Below are positions 28,612 through 38,111 of a stretch of DNA of 64,000 nt, piece by piece (the first letter of the stretch is position 1; each line of letters begins with the position of its first letter). A model generated the notes under the pieces. That model saw only the letters and a program-made list of their open reading frames with translations, ran no database searches and was not told the DNA's origin. A program made the translations under genes and the position numbers. This DNA is from Cyanobacteriota bacterium (GTDB lineage Bacteria > Cyanobacteriota > Vampirovibrionia > Vampirovibrionales > Vampirovibrionaceae): positions 130,197 to 194,196 of the forward strand of contig JAIEMW010000001.1 in assembly GCA_019751815.1 (NCBI GenBank), in the 5' to 3' direction.

Positions 28612-30357
28612 TTGGCGAACGCTGGACAACCCATACCAGGGCAATTTATGCCGGGGCAGCCTAATTCGGGAATGCCTTTTTATCCTGGACAAATGCCGAT
28701 GCCTCCTGGTGGCTATATGCAACCCGGTGCTGTAGCCTTAGATCCTCGTTTGCAGCAACAGTCTAGACTCGCAGCACAGCAAGCGCTGGCGAATGGAACG
28801 CCACCTGATAAGTTTGAATCTCCCTTTCCATCACCGTCACAAATGCTGATGGGTGGAGCTGCCGGTATCGGGCTTGCAGAACTGATTCGACTACCGTTTA
28901 ACCGCGATAACCACGCGTTAATTCGAGCTGCCCAGTGGTTAGATCATTTGCCTGGTATCCGTTGGGCGAACAAACATATTGCCAGTGGTCAGTCCTGGTT
29001 GCTCAAGTCAACCAACAATAGTCCGTGGACCAAGCAGTTTTTGTATCAAATACCACCAGAAGCTGCCGAAAAACTGGCGATTCAGCAAACTGTGCAGGGC
29101 TTCATCAAACAGTTACCCGCAGACCTTTTGAAGCAACCCGCCGTGGGCCCCCTGCAAAAGGCAGCGACCAAGGAACAATTGGATACGGCTCTGGTTATTC
29201 TGCGGCGTCATTTTTCACGCGCGCAAGAGCCTGCTATTGTCGATTCGCTTCTGAAGAAAACCACCGTTTCTCCCAGAATCGCCACATCACTGGCCGGGAA
29301 AACCATTCCACAAGCAGAACGGGTGATAGCGGGTCTTAAAAAGCTGACTCCATCTGAGTTGGAAGCCCTGCAAGGACTTCTGAAAACGGCATCTCGCCAT
29401 GCTGACAAAGCGGCAGAAGTGGCCATGAAGCAGGCCAGTAAAAAGCTTCCCAAGCAAGTCTTGGGACTGTCCAAGCGAATTGAAGGTCTGAACAACCACT
29501 TCTTCCCGGTCTACCGGGAACAATTCCACTTGATGGATCAGCTGACCCGTACCACGGCGAAAGGGGCGAAACCGATTGGGCCTATTGGTCGTTTCTTCGC
29601 GGGCACGATGAACTATATCCGCCGGATCTTTGGAGGGGACAGTCTCACCAGCTATGTGGGATCGTCGGCTAAAAAAGCCGCCGGGCAAGAAGGGATTCTC
29701 GGTCGTCTGATGGGGCCCTTTATGGTAGGGGCTCTGGCAATTGGACAATCGTTTAGTGAGGCACACAAAGCAGAAAAAGGCGAAAAGGTAAAAACCTTCT
29801 TCCATGATTTTCTGGGCACCGGGATTGGCAGTTTTGTCGGCTGGGAGATTGGTCGCAGTTTGTTAAACCGCACCGGGGTCGTCTCCAAACTGATGGGCAG
29901 TTTTGGCAGTAAATTTATCCGCGTTTTACCTCGCTTTATTCCAGGCATTGGTGGTTGGGGCTTCACCCTAGCCGGTGCCGCCGTCGAACTTCTCTCCATG
30001 TTCGTGATTGCCATTCCCTTTCAGCGTGCCGGTGAGTGGATTGCCCACCGACTTTTTGGGAAACCCAACAAGGTCCTCGAAGAGGACCTTAAAGAAAAAG
30101 GCATCGTGCTGGCAAAACCATTGCCCGCTGGGGGCGATCAGCAGCAGCGACTCCGTCGGCCAAGTCGTTTTGAAGGTTTCCATCAGGCCAGAGCGCATCA
30201 TGTGCAAGCGCCTTCCGCAACACCGAATATTTCCTATTCACTCTCACCAGAGGATATTGCCCGCAGTGAGGCAACGGCCTCTGCCCAGCAGCAAGAAAAA
30301 GCCCTGTTGGATCAGATCAAAAACTTTGGCTCCCCGATGCAGGCATATCACGACTAA
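28612..30357 (+). CDS. hypothetical protein: Pro/Gln-rich N-terminus, helical middle, Gly-zipper-rich hydrophobic C-terminal region
   Basis: 581-aa ORF (TTG at 28612, alternative ATG at 28648). The C-terminus has repeated GxxxG/small-xxx-small segments (GPFMVGALAIGQSF, GTGIGSFVGWEIG, IPGIGGWGFTLAGAAV). Confidence 0.45.
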   Translation: MANAGQPIPGQFMPGQPNSGMPFYPGQMPMPPGGYMQPGAVALDPRLQQQSRLAAQQALANGTPPDKFESPFPSPSQMLMGGAAGIGLAELIRLPFNRDNHALIRAAQWLDHLPGIRWANKHIASGQSWLLKSTNNSPWTKQFLYQIPPEAAEKLAIQQTVQGFIKQLPADLLKQPAVGPLQKAATKEQLDTALVILRRHFSRAQEPAIVDSLLKKTTVSPRIATSLAGKTIPQAERVIAGLKKLTPSELEALQGLLKTASRHADKAAEVAMKQASKKLPKQVLGLSKRIEGLNNHFFPVYREQFHLMDQLTRTTAKGAKPIGPIGRFFAGTMNYIRRIFGGDSLTSYVGSSAKKAAGQEGILGRLMGPFMVGALAIGQSFSEAHKAEKGEKVKTFFHDFLGTGIGSFVGWEIGRSLLNRTGVVSKLMGSFGSKFIRVLPRFIPGIGGWGFTLAGAAVELLSMFVIAIPFQRAGEWIAHRLFGKPNKVLEEDLKEKGIVLAKPLPAGGDQQQRLRRPSRFEGFHQARAHHVQAPSATPNISYSLSPEDIARSEATASAQQQEKALLDQIKNFGSPMQAYHD

Positions 30358-30521
30358 AAACCAAAATTTTCTTTAAGGAATCTGGGTTTTCGCCAGTGAC
30401 GGTTTATATTAAGAGTAGCAATTGAGTTGTCTGTTCAATTAAATACTATTTTTAAAAAGTCACTTGGGGATTTTTGCCGTTTCCATCTTGTTCATTAAGA
30501 TAATTGCGTGAGGATGATTCG

Positions 30522-31166
30522 ATGTCTGTTGGGTTGAACGCAGCGTATGCGTTTGGAATGCCTTTGTCTGCTGGGAATAACCAAAATAATATTTCTGGCG
30601 GTGTTAGCGGTGTTAATAATACAGGTAATGTCAGTACTCAGCCCAATCAGGCTGATAATCGTGCTGAAAACCCGAAAAAGTCTGAACCCAAAATTGCTGT
30701 AACTGCTGGCCATGGCAGTGGATGCGGACACTGTGTTGGGATGAATTCTGGCCTGGTATCACCAGCAAAACTAGAAACCCTGAAAGCAGAGAGATACAGT
30801 GCGATTATGTCTCATGAACAAGCCCACGCCAGTGCCGCTGGTGGCTTTGGGGGTGGTATTCATATTGATTATGACAGCAACGGGATAGCCATTGGTGGGC
30901 ATGTGCCCATTAGTATCCCTGGGCTTGATAGGGCCAATCCAGAGACCTCTTTGGCGGCATACCACACGATTCGATCCGCGGCGCTGGCCCCCAGTGATCC
31001 GTCAGGACAGGATATGAGTGTGGCAGCCCGTGCCGATAGCCTTATTGGCAGAGCACAGGAAGCGATTAGCCAGAAAGCAGACAAAGCACTAAAACCTGAT
31101 AAGCCAGACAGACCTGATAACAGGCATAAACCCGCGACTAAAAAGCCTTTTTCAGTAACGGCCTAA
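30522..31166 (+). CDS. hypothetical protein with HExxH motif (possible zinc metallopeptidase-like)
   Basis: ATG with GAGGA SD 7 nt upstream. Gly/Asn-rich N-terminus, CGHC pair, SHEQAHASAAGGFGGG (HExxH). No confident family assignment. Confidence 0.45.
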   Translation: MSVGLNAAYAFGMPLSAGNNQNNISGGVSGVNNTGNVSTQPNQADNRAENPKKSEPKIAVTAGHGSGCGHCVGMNSGLVSPAKLETLKAERYSAIMSHEQAHASAAGGFGGGIHIDYDSNGIAIGGHVPISIPGLDRANPETSLAAYHTIRSAALAPSDPSGQDMSVAARADSLIGRAQEAISQKADKALKPDKPDRPDNRHKPATKKPFSVTA

Positions 31167-31189
31167 ATAAATCGCTTGAAACAGTGAGG

Positions 31190-31582
31190 CTACTCGGCGC
31201 TGGTCGTTTTGGGATCCAATACCGCGCGTGTGTCCACAGGCTTCTTTAAATTGGCTTTCCAGCTCGTGGCTGAGTTTTTTTGTTCAAAAAAGCGATCAAA
31301 GTTTTTCTGGCAGGCCCGGTCCACCTGGTGCAAGTTTAATGGCTTCATCAACTCAATCAGTGCTTTCAATTCTGTTGCACGTTGGTTGGAGGCAATTTTG
31401 AGGGGGCTGGTCTTTGGCTTCGGTGCTGACATATTACCCGGCAGGTTAGAAGCGTCATTGACAGCGGCAAATACTGTAGAACCCAACAAAGACAACATCA
31501 TGAAAGACAAGACCAGGGCCAAAGCTAGAGCACCCAGATAATTTGAGCATACTTTTTTGATAGCGATGGGTTTCATCATCAT
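31190..31582 (-). CDS. small secreted hypothetical protein
   Basis: 130 aa. Signal peptide LGALALALVLSFMMLSLLGSTVFA, then a hydrophilic domain. Confidence 0.45.
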   Translation of the reverse strand: MMMKPIAIKKVCSNYLGALALALVLSFMMLSLLGSTVFAAVNDASNLPGNMSAPKPKTSPLKIASNQRATELKALIELMKPLNLHQVDRACQKNFDRFFEQKNSATSWKANLKKPVDTRAVLDPKTTSAE

Positions 31583-31825
31583 GAATCTCAGCCAATCGAT
31601 TTTCTGAAGGGAATTAATAGAAAAAAAACGAGTGCGTCGGTAAAATTGCCCGTTTGAAACAAACAGTAATAGACTGTATATTTCTATACCGATACGAACA
31701 AGTATTACGATACTACAACCTTCACGACGTTGTCTGGGCAGAAGGTTCCCTGTTGAGCAGGATTGTTACAAATAAGCGTAATCACAGAATAGCGATGTGA
31801 TATGGGCCCGATTCGGGAACCCTTG

Positions 31826-31833
31826 CTATAATT
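31826..31833 (+). promoter_or_regulatory. candidate extended -10 element (TGcTATAAT) for the NarL-type regulator gene
   Basis: tgctataat about 60 nt upstream of the ATG at 31893; no convincing -35. Confidence 0.3.
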
Positions 31834-31892
31834 GGGAAAAGCGCTTAAATGCGGCGGCCTTAAAATAGCTGCTTTGGTAAAGGATTTTTACA

Positions 31893-32585
31893 ATGACCAC
31901 TCGGATTCTGCTAGTAGAAGATCATCAAATGACACTGATGGGACTAAAAATGCTCCTTGAGCGTGAGGAAGACATTACTGTCGTGGGAGAAGCAGACAAC
32001 GGCCTCACCGCTGTGTCTCTGGCAGAATCACTCAACCCAGATATGATTTTGATGGACATCGGACTTCCGCAGATGGACGGGATTGAGGCCACGCAACGGA
32101 TTAAAAAACAGCATCCGGCCATTCGAATCATCATGCTCACCTCAAAAGACAGTGAACAAGACGTCTTTGCCGCACTGGCTGCCGGGGCAGATGCTTACTG
32201 TATGAAGGGCATTTCTCCTAAAAATCTCTCCACCGCAATTGAAGCTGTTAATGAAGGCATTGCTTGGTTAGATCCTGCGGTGGCACGAACGGTGCTGAGC
32301 CGTTTTCAGCAACCTGTGTCGGCCTCACGCTCCGCCTTAGGAGCTCACCCAGAGAACGCCTCTGGGGATAAGCCCGCCGCTCGCAGAGAAGACTGTCCCT
32401 TAACCGATCGAGAGATGGAAGTGCTCAAGCTGATTGTTGACGGTCTTTCAAACCCCGAAATAGCGGAAGAATTGGTGATTACCAAGGCCACCGCAAAGGC
32501 TCACGTCCATAGCATTCTCCAAAAACTGTGTGTCGATGACAGAACACAGGCCGCAGTGCTGGCGATGCGGCAAGGGTTTGTTTAG
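31893..32585 (+). CDS. NarL/FixJ-family response regulator (REC + LuxR-type HTH), orphan
   Basis: ILLVEDHQMTLMGLKMLL...MILMDIGLPQMDG; C-terminal LTDREMEVLKLIVDGLSNPEIAEELVITKATAKAHVHSILQKL. Confidence 0.9.
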   Translation: MTTRILLVEDHQMTLMGLKMLLEREEDITVVGEADNGLTAVSLAESLNPDMILMDIGLPQMDGIEATQRIKKQHPAIRIIMLTSKDSEQDVFAALAAGADAYCMKGISPKNLSTAIEAVNEGIAWLDPAVARTVLSRFQQPVSASRSALGAHPENASGDKPAARREDCPLTDREMEVLKLIVDGLSNPEIAEELVITKATAKAHVHSILQKLCVDDRTQAAVLAMRQGFV

Positions 32586-32589
32586 TAAT

Positions 32590-32657
32590 TTAATCCAGAC
32601 GCAGCCATTCGGCCGCGAATACTAACGTTATTAATCCAGACGCAGCCATTCGGCCGC
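32590..32657. repeat. direct duplication of the hemB 3' end (28-bp unit TTAATCCAGACGCAGCCATTCGGCCGCG x2, 12-bp spacer)
   Basis: Copy 2 encodes the last 8 codons plus stop of hemB. Copy 1 lies in the 45-nt gap between the regulator stop and the hemB stop. Confidence 0.85.
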
Positions 32658-33647
32658 GTCTAGTGCCGAATACGTAATCACCCTGTCTGCTCCCGCTCGC
32701 TTGATGCTCGTCAAGGTCTCAAGTACCACCGCCTGCTCGTCAATCCAACCCGCTTCCGCAGCGGCCTTTATCATACTGTATTCTCCCGAGACGCTATAGG
32801 CAAATAGCGGGAGATTCACCGCTTGGCGGATCCGGTAAATCACATCCAGATAGGACAACGCAGGTTTTACCATCACCATATCCGCCCCCTCAATTAAGTC
32901 CAGTTCCGTCTCAATTAAAGCTTCTCGGGCGTTTCGAGGATCCATTTGGTACGTCTTTCTGTCCCCAAAAGCCGGTGCAGAGTCGGCTGCATCGCGAAAC
33001 GGCGCGTAAAAGGCACTGGCATACTTGGCGGAATACGACAAAATTGGGATATCATCATACCCCGCGTCATCGAGCGACTGTCGAATCCAAGCCACTCGTC
33101 CGTCCATCATATCTGATGGGGCAATAATATCGGCTCCCGCTTCTGCTTGACTGACCGCTGTCCGAGCTAAGATATCTAACGTCGGGTCGTTTAGTACTTT
33201 GCCGTCCATCACAATCCCACAATGCCCATGATTCATATACTCGCACAAGCAGGTATCGGCTATCACCACCACGTCAGAAGCAAATTGATTTTTGATGGCT
33301 TGAATCGCTTTTTGCACAACCCCAGCCTCACTCCATGCACTGGTCGCTTCGGCATCTTTCTCATCGGGAATCCCAAACAGCAAGAGTTGTTTTACCCCAA
33401 GATTCAAGGCACTTTCCACAGTACGTAAGGCATAATCAATGGATTCTTGATAAATCCCCGGCATAGAAGATACGGCCACCCGGTCATGAACCTGATCGTT
33501 AATAAACATTGGGTAGACCAAGTCTGCGGCAGTCAACCTGGTTTCTGCTGCCAGTTCTCTTAAGGCCGCACTCTTGCGCAGCCGCCTCATCCGAATCAAA
33601 GGAAAACTCATAGAAATTATCAAACCATCAAGCACTTTCTTTAGCAA
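32631..33647 (-). CDS. hemB: porphobilinogen synthase (delta-aminolevulinic acid dehydratase)
   Basis: Active-site region [27 protein letters not shown], and the Cys/metal-binding segment [14 protein letters not shown]. Confidence 0.92.
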   Translation of the reverse strand: MLKKVLDGLIISMSFPLIRMRRLRKSAALRELAAETRLTAADLVYPMFINDQVHDRVAVSSMPGIYQESIDYALRTVESALNLGVKQLLLFGIPDEKDAEATSAWSEAGVVQKAIQAIKNQFASDVVVIADTCLCEYMNHGHCGIVMDGKVLNDPTLDILARTAVSQAEAGADIIAPSDMMDGRVAWIRQSLDDAGYDDIPILSYSAKYASAFYAPFRDAADSAPAFGDRKTYQMDPRNAREALIETELDLIEGADMVMVKPALSYLDVIYRIRQAVNLPLFAYSVSGEYSMIKAAAEAGWIDEQAVVLETLTSIKRAGADRVITYSALDAAEWLRLD

Positions 33648-33736
33648 GCACTCTCGTTAACAAGCACCCTTGTAAGCAAGCGTCACTCTGTCAGACAATA
33701 GATAGAACTCTTTGTAATTTTAATCCTTTCGCAGAC

Positions 33737-34744
33737 TTGGAGTCTCTCATTCCCACGATGCCAAACCCACACTCGATATCAACGGCGTTGACTTCGTCAA
33801 CCGAAGAAAGTTCTGACATGACGGTGACCCTCCCTCTGAGAAAGTCGGAGCTTACCCTTCAACAAAAAATCGTCTCGATTCGACAGGCCTTTGACTTCTG
33901 GTGCCGTTATACAAGCAAAGGCTTTCCCTGGTCTTTATTGTCCGTTTTAAGCCCCAAAGAGAGAGCCACCGAAAAAGCCTACTCTTATCAAGCGTGGACT
34001 TTTTCGATGGATAAAAAAACCGGCACCGAACTCGAAACGCTGATCGCATTTTGGCAGTGGCTGTATGAGAAACATTGCCTGCCAGATTACCGAATAAACG
34101 ACTCCAATTTTGCCGATTTAGCCGTTTTAAAGGTATTAGACGTGGGCACCAAAAACGGCTTGCTGCCGCTTGCCGGTGGTATTTTTTGGACGATGAACCA
34201 GGATCATTTAATAAACATTGAGCTTGAAGGCATAGAAATCGATCCCTACCGGCTCGTATGGGATGCATTTTCTCAGAAACCGTTAACACGTCAGCAGCAG
34301 GCACTGCGATGGTTCCAGGAATTTTCGGCAGTAAATACGCAATCTCCATTGTGTAGGTTAACGTTCCATACTGGCAATATTCTAAAATTTTCGCCCTCTC
34401 AAGCGCCGACTTCTCAGACAAAACAATATCCCTTCATCACCCATATTCTCCCCTTTGTTTTGCCAGAACCTTGTTTGGCCTGGGGGCTCCCGCTGTCCTT
34501 GTTTCAGCCAGAAGCTATCTTCCAAAAATTATTGTCCTTATTGTCACCGGAAGGCTGTTTAATCATTGTCAATCAGGGTGAGATTGAAACCCAAGCCCAA
34601 GAAGCGATTTTTCAGCACGTGAAACGGATTTCTTCCCGTGAATTTGAATATCATTTTTTAGGCCCTGTGCCCGATCCATTGTTGCTGTGGCAATATCCAC
34701 GTTTTGCCTGGAAAATTAACTTAATTGATAATGAGCGTGAGTGA
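33737..34744 (+). CDS. hypothetical protein with a degenerate class I SAM-methyltransferase-like fold
   Basis: VLDVGTKNG (motif I-like, with G-x-G altered), GIEID (acidic post-I), LLSPEGCLIIVN (motif III-like). Confidence 0.4.
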   Translation: MESLIPTMPNPHSISTALTSSTEESSDMTVTLPLRKSELTLQQKIVSIRQAFDFWCRYTSKGFPWSLLSVLSPKERATEKAYSYQAWTFSMDKKTGTELETLIAFWQWLYEKHCLPDYRINDSNFADLAVLKVLDVGTKNGLLPLAGGIFWTMNQDHLINIELEGIEIDPYRLVWDAFSQKPLTRQQQALRWFQEFSAVNTQSPLCRLTFHTGNILKFSPSQAPTSQTKQYPFITHILPFVLPEPCLAWGLPLSLFQPEAIFQKLLSLLSPEGCLIIVNQGEIETQAQEAIFQHVKRISSREFEYHFLGPVPDPLLLWQYPRFAWKINLIDNERE

Positions 34745-34755
34745 AATATGATGTC

Positions 34756-35532
34756 ATGACAAAAAAACCGATCGTGGTCTGGGTGGCCAGTACAAACCCT
34801 CATAAATTAAACGAGCTTCAGGTTATCTTGCGACTGCTAAAACTTGAGCAAGAAATGGTGTTCAATATCCCGGATAATTTGGTGGATGTGCCTGAAACGG
34901 GCCTGACTTTTCTGGACAATGCCAGAATCAAAGCCGAACATTTTGTTGAGAGATTGAGAAATATAAACGCTGATAATCATGACTGGATTCTGGCGGAAGA
35001 CTCCGGGCTGATTGTTCCTGCACTGAATGATATGTACGGATATGATCCCTTTCCGGGTGTTTTTTCTAACCGTTGGATGACCCCCACTATTCGGGATGAG
35101 TTGCTCACAGCACCAATGAACTCAGACATTCCCTCCTATATTGATTCACCAAAAATAACGGATATAGATAAAAACTGCGGTATATTGGCCTTGTTAAACC
35201 ATAAAATGCTTAATGGTAAAGACGTGAGTCGAGAAGCTCGCTATGCTTGCGCTATGTCACTCTGGAATCTGAAGACTGAAATCGCGACCGCATACGGGGA
35301 AATGTCTTTGCAGGTTCGAGAGCTAAACGAGCATACTTTTTTAAATGAGTCTGCACAAGCAGAAAAAAATGATCTCCCCCGTGGCTTTGGGTATGATCCC
35401 ATTATGCTTTCTGTGCCCAGTATGCGGTGCTTAAGCCAGATGAGTATTGAGGAAAAATCTGCCATCAGCCACCGGGCCAATGCATTTAGGCAACTCATCG
35501 CCTTAACTAAACGGGGCCCCGCCCATAATTAA
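34756..35532 (+). CDS. rdgB: non-canonical purine NTP pyrophosphatase (Ham1/RdgB family) with an internal insertion
   Basis: VWVASTNPHKLNELQ (N-terminal K motif), AEDSGL, PRGFGYDPIM, EEKSAISHRANAFRQL. About 250 aa versus the typical ~200. Confidence 0.75.
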   Translation: MTKKPIVVWVASTNPHKLNELQVILRLLKLEQEMVFNIPDNLVDVPETGLTFLDNARIKAEHFVERLRNINADNHDWILAEDSGLIVPALNDMYGYDPFPGVFSNRWMTPTIRDELLTAPMNSDIPSYIDSPKITDIDKNCGILALLNHKMLNGKDVSREARYACAMSLWNLKTEIATAYGEMSLQVRELNEHTFLNESAQAEKNDLPRGFGYDPIMLSVPSMRCLSQMSIEEKSAISHRANAFRQLIALTKRGPAHN

Positions 35533-36246
35533 ATAACTTTGGGTGTTATGCGTTAAATAGGCTTTACGACCGTATTTTTGAGAGATACTGTCTGTGTATC
35601 CACCGCCATTGACTTCGGGGTATACCACAAGCGTGTTAATTTTTAGTCTCACAATGGGTGCGGTGATATCATCACCGGTGACTCCGTTCGTTGGGTTCCC
35701 GGTCGTATTGTAGGCTTGAAAACAAGCATTTGACCGAGTTGCCGAATCATACACCGTTGAAGAAAAATTGCCACAGCGGACTTTAAACGTGACCGCATTG
35801 GCTGGTCCGATGGAAAAGGCGTCGCGTCGGTTTAAATTGCTCTGAGCTTTGGAGGGAGAACTTCCGGGACAATTTGTATTGGTGGTGATTGCGGGATTCA
35901 CATTGTTCCATGAGCAGCGTGTGATGGTTTTGTTGGTATCATCAACAATATACTTAACCGTGTGTAGCTGAGACCCTCCTAAAAAATCATTGGTATCTAA
36001 CACCACGATATCGCTGTCATTGATCGAACTGGTTTTGATATTTCGGGCATACTGAAAATCTTGACGCATCCAATCCAATACATTGGAAAGAATGGTCTGA
36101 GAGTAAGTATACACCCGATCTGTATTTTGACCGTTCAGCATTCCGCTGGCAACAGAAGAGACAGCGGCAGACAGGGCAAGAAACATCACCAGGGTCACGG
36201 CAATCTCTATGAGACTAAAACCAGTTCTTCGGGGCTGAGCCAACAC
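35503..36246 (-). CDS. prepilin-type N-terminal cleavage/methylation domain protein (type IV pilin-like), paralog B2
   Basis: Leader MLAQPRRTG | FSLIEIAVTLV, with Gly-1 and Glu+5. Its 3' end overlaps rdgB convergently by 30 nt. Confidence 0.8.
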   Translation of the reverse strand: MLAQPRRTGFSLIEIAVTLVMFLALSAAVSSVASGMLNGQNTDRVYTYSQTILSNVLDWMRQDFQYARNIKTSSINDSDIVVLDTNDFLGGSQLHTVKYIVDDTNKTITRCSWNNVNPAITTNTNCPGSSPSKAQSNLNRRDAFSIGPANAVTFKVRCGNFSSTVYDSATRSNACFQAYNTTGNPTNGVTGDDITAPIVRLKINTLVVYPEVNGGGYTDSISQKYGRKAYLTHNTQSYLIMGGAPFS

Positions 36247-36271
36247 AATTCGTCCTGTAATATCGTCCTGT

Positions 36272-37060
36272 TTAACCGTAAGGTGTATCCGCTAATATGG
36301 CATAGCTTTCAGAGGCATGAGTGTAATAAGGAATTCTTCGATACTTTTGAGACACAGTATCGGTGTATCTATTGGTGCGGTTGTTAACCAGGGGGTAAAC
36401 GACAATCGTATTAATTTGCAGGCGCGATATGGCGTTAGTGGGATCATAAGCACCCCACCAATTATTACCCAGTTTAGCTTCTCCATTAGTGTTATAGCCG
36501 TTAAAGCAGTAACCATTTTTCGCGGCTGTATTGTAATTCGATGTTGAAAAACGTCCACATCGAACCCTAAATTGGACCATATTGCTAGGCCCGATACTCA
36601 ACGGACGCTGTGCCATCGCACTGAGACTGGGATTATATGCGCCAAAAGCGTTTACGCTTGTATAACGCCAGTTTTCGGTATATTCCCAACGGGTAAGATA
36701 TTTTGTCGCGCCCCAATCATAGACGGAATAAATAACAATTCTCTCTGGTGTTGATCCCCCGGAAGAATTGGGGATACTGGTTTTAAGCATGATCTGCTCA
36801 TAAGAGCGTGTTTGCCAAGGTATAAAAACATCTTTGGCATACTGAAAGTCAAGCCGCATTTGATCGAGCATATTATTCATTATGACTTGGTTGTAGCTAT
36901 AAACCTGATCTGTCGTTTTGTTGGCGAGCATGGTGGTAATTGCGCTGGCAACAGTGGCTGACATAATGGTGAACAGCACCAAGCCAACCGCCATCTCCAT
37001 CAGAGAGAAGCCTCTACTCAGTTGCAGGGCTCTTGAGTTGGCATCATTGATTTGAGACAT
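36272..37060 (-). CDS. prepilin-type N-terminal cleavage/methylation domain protein, paralog B1
   Basis: ...QLSRG | FSLMEMAVGLVLF. Shares blocks with the downstream gene (DQMRLDFQYAKD / FRVRCGRFS / INTIVVYP). Confidence 0.8.
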   Translation of the reverse strand: MSQINDANSRALQLSRGFSLMEMAVGLVLFTIMSATVASAITTMLANKTTDQVYSYNQVIMNNMLDQMRLDFQYAKDVFIPWQTRSYEQIMLKTSIPNSSGGSTPERIVIYSVYDWGATKYLTRWEYTENWRYTSVNAFGAYNPSLSAMAQRPLSIGPSNMVQFRVRCGRFSTSNYNTAAKNGYCFNGYNTNGEAKLGNNWWGAYDPTNAISRLQINTIVVYPLVNNRTNRYTDTVSQKYRRIPYYTHASESYAILADTPYG

Positions 37061-37161
37061 AAGTTTAAAAAGCTTTCTATTCTGGTCACTTCAATAACTG
37101 CCTCTTGGGCTGTCTCTAGTTACTAATTATAGGAGGTTATTTGCAGTGTTAGTGTTGGACT

Positions 37162-37845
37162 TTATAGGGCCGCTGCTGTATTGGAAAATGCCGCGGCATC
37201 AACTGTAGCGAATCGATCACCAAGCTTGGAAATAGGGAGATCCCAATCCGCTGCGGCTAAGCACGACACCTTATATTTACCGAACCCACCTGTACATTTG
37301 GGTTTGGGAGGTTGGCTGGGCCCCACTTCTACGATTCGTTGTAAATTGGCAGGACCGGCCAGTGTAAACGAGTTTGCAACAGCCTCCGAGTTAATATTGG
37401 TTGCATTCACACCCCCGTTGGAGAGTAGGTTCATTTTGGCTATATTTCGTCCCCCAACAGTGACGGTAATTTCTTTGGTGTCAGGATTGGTCACTGAGAG
37501 GACTAAATTACTGGATGAAGAACCTGAAACCATATCCAAAACAGCATTTAAATCACCGTTGGTAAAATCAACGGTCTGCTTGTCCAAGGTGTTGGATACT
37601 TGAGAAAACGCTTTTTCCAATGCCCCTTGTGCCACTGCTGCCGCAAAACCATTGGCTTTAGGGATACCCATTGACATTTTACTGTAACTTACGCCCATGA
37701 GAACAGCCACAAGTACTGAAGTTACGGCAATCTCTAACATCGTGAGGCCTCGTTCGGCTTTGGGGGCAATGAATGCCTGTTTTATTTTTCTGCTGATGTT
37801 AGCAATCATAAACTTTAATCCCTCTAATTCTCTCTGCCGAATCAA
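37162..37845 (-). CDS. prepilin-type N-terminal cleavage/methylation domain protein, paralog A2 (C-terminal Cys pair)
   Basis: ...KAERG | LTMLEIAVTSVLVAV. C-terminus KCTGGFGKYKVSC, a possible disulfide loop. GAGGGA SD before the ATG. Confidence 0.75.
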   Translation of the reverse strand: MIRQRELEGLKFMIANISRKIKQAFIAPKAERGLTMLEIAVTSVLVAVLMGVSYSKMSMGIPKANGFAAAVAQGALEKAFSQVSNTLDKQTVDFTNGDLNAVLDMVSGSSSSNLVLSVTNPDTKEITVTVGGRNIAKMNLLSNGGVNATNINSEAVANSFTLAGPANLQRIVEVGPSQPPKPKCTGGFGKYKVSCLAAADWDLPISKLGDRFATVDAAAFSNTAAAL

Positions 37846-38022
37846 AGTTGACTATCACAGTGTTACTTTTTACGGCTTACTTCTTATGGGGTGGCATCGA
37901 CAAAAAAACGCGTCTCTAAACCGAGCTCCTTCATTTTGTTACAAATGTATAAGTAATCCCTCTCTGTCTTCGCTTCTGCTGGTCTTTCGATAGGACCTTG
38001 GCACGGGTTAGTTTTCGTCTGA

Positions 38023-38059
38023 GCAAAAAAGCCTTTCAAAAACTTGAAAGGCTTTTTTA
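38023..38059 (-). terminator. rho-independent terminator (bidirectional hairpin) after the first pilin-like gene
   Basis: aaaaaaGCCTTTCAAaaacTTGAAAGGCtttttt: perfect 10-11-bp stem, 4-nt loop, flanking A and T runs. Confidence 0.8.
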
Positions 38060-38111
38060 GAAAAATGATTAGAAACAATCTTCTCTGAAGAGGGTCTCCT
38101 TGCGTTTAAGT

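Noticed and set aside
31925-32140. 71-aa antisense ORF inside the NarL-type regulator gene and other 60-100-aa ORFs within annotated genes
   Set aside because: No independent support; they are consistent with random ORFs on the non-coding strand of a 50% GC genome.
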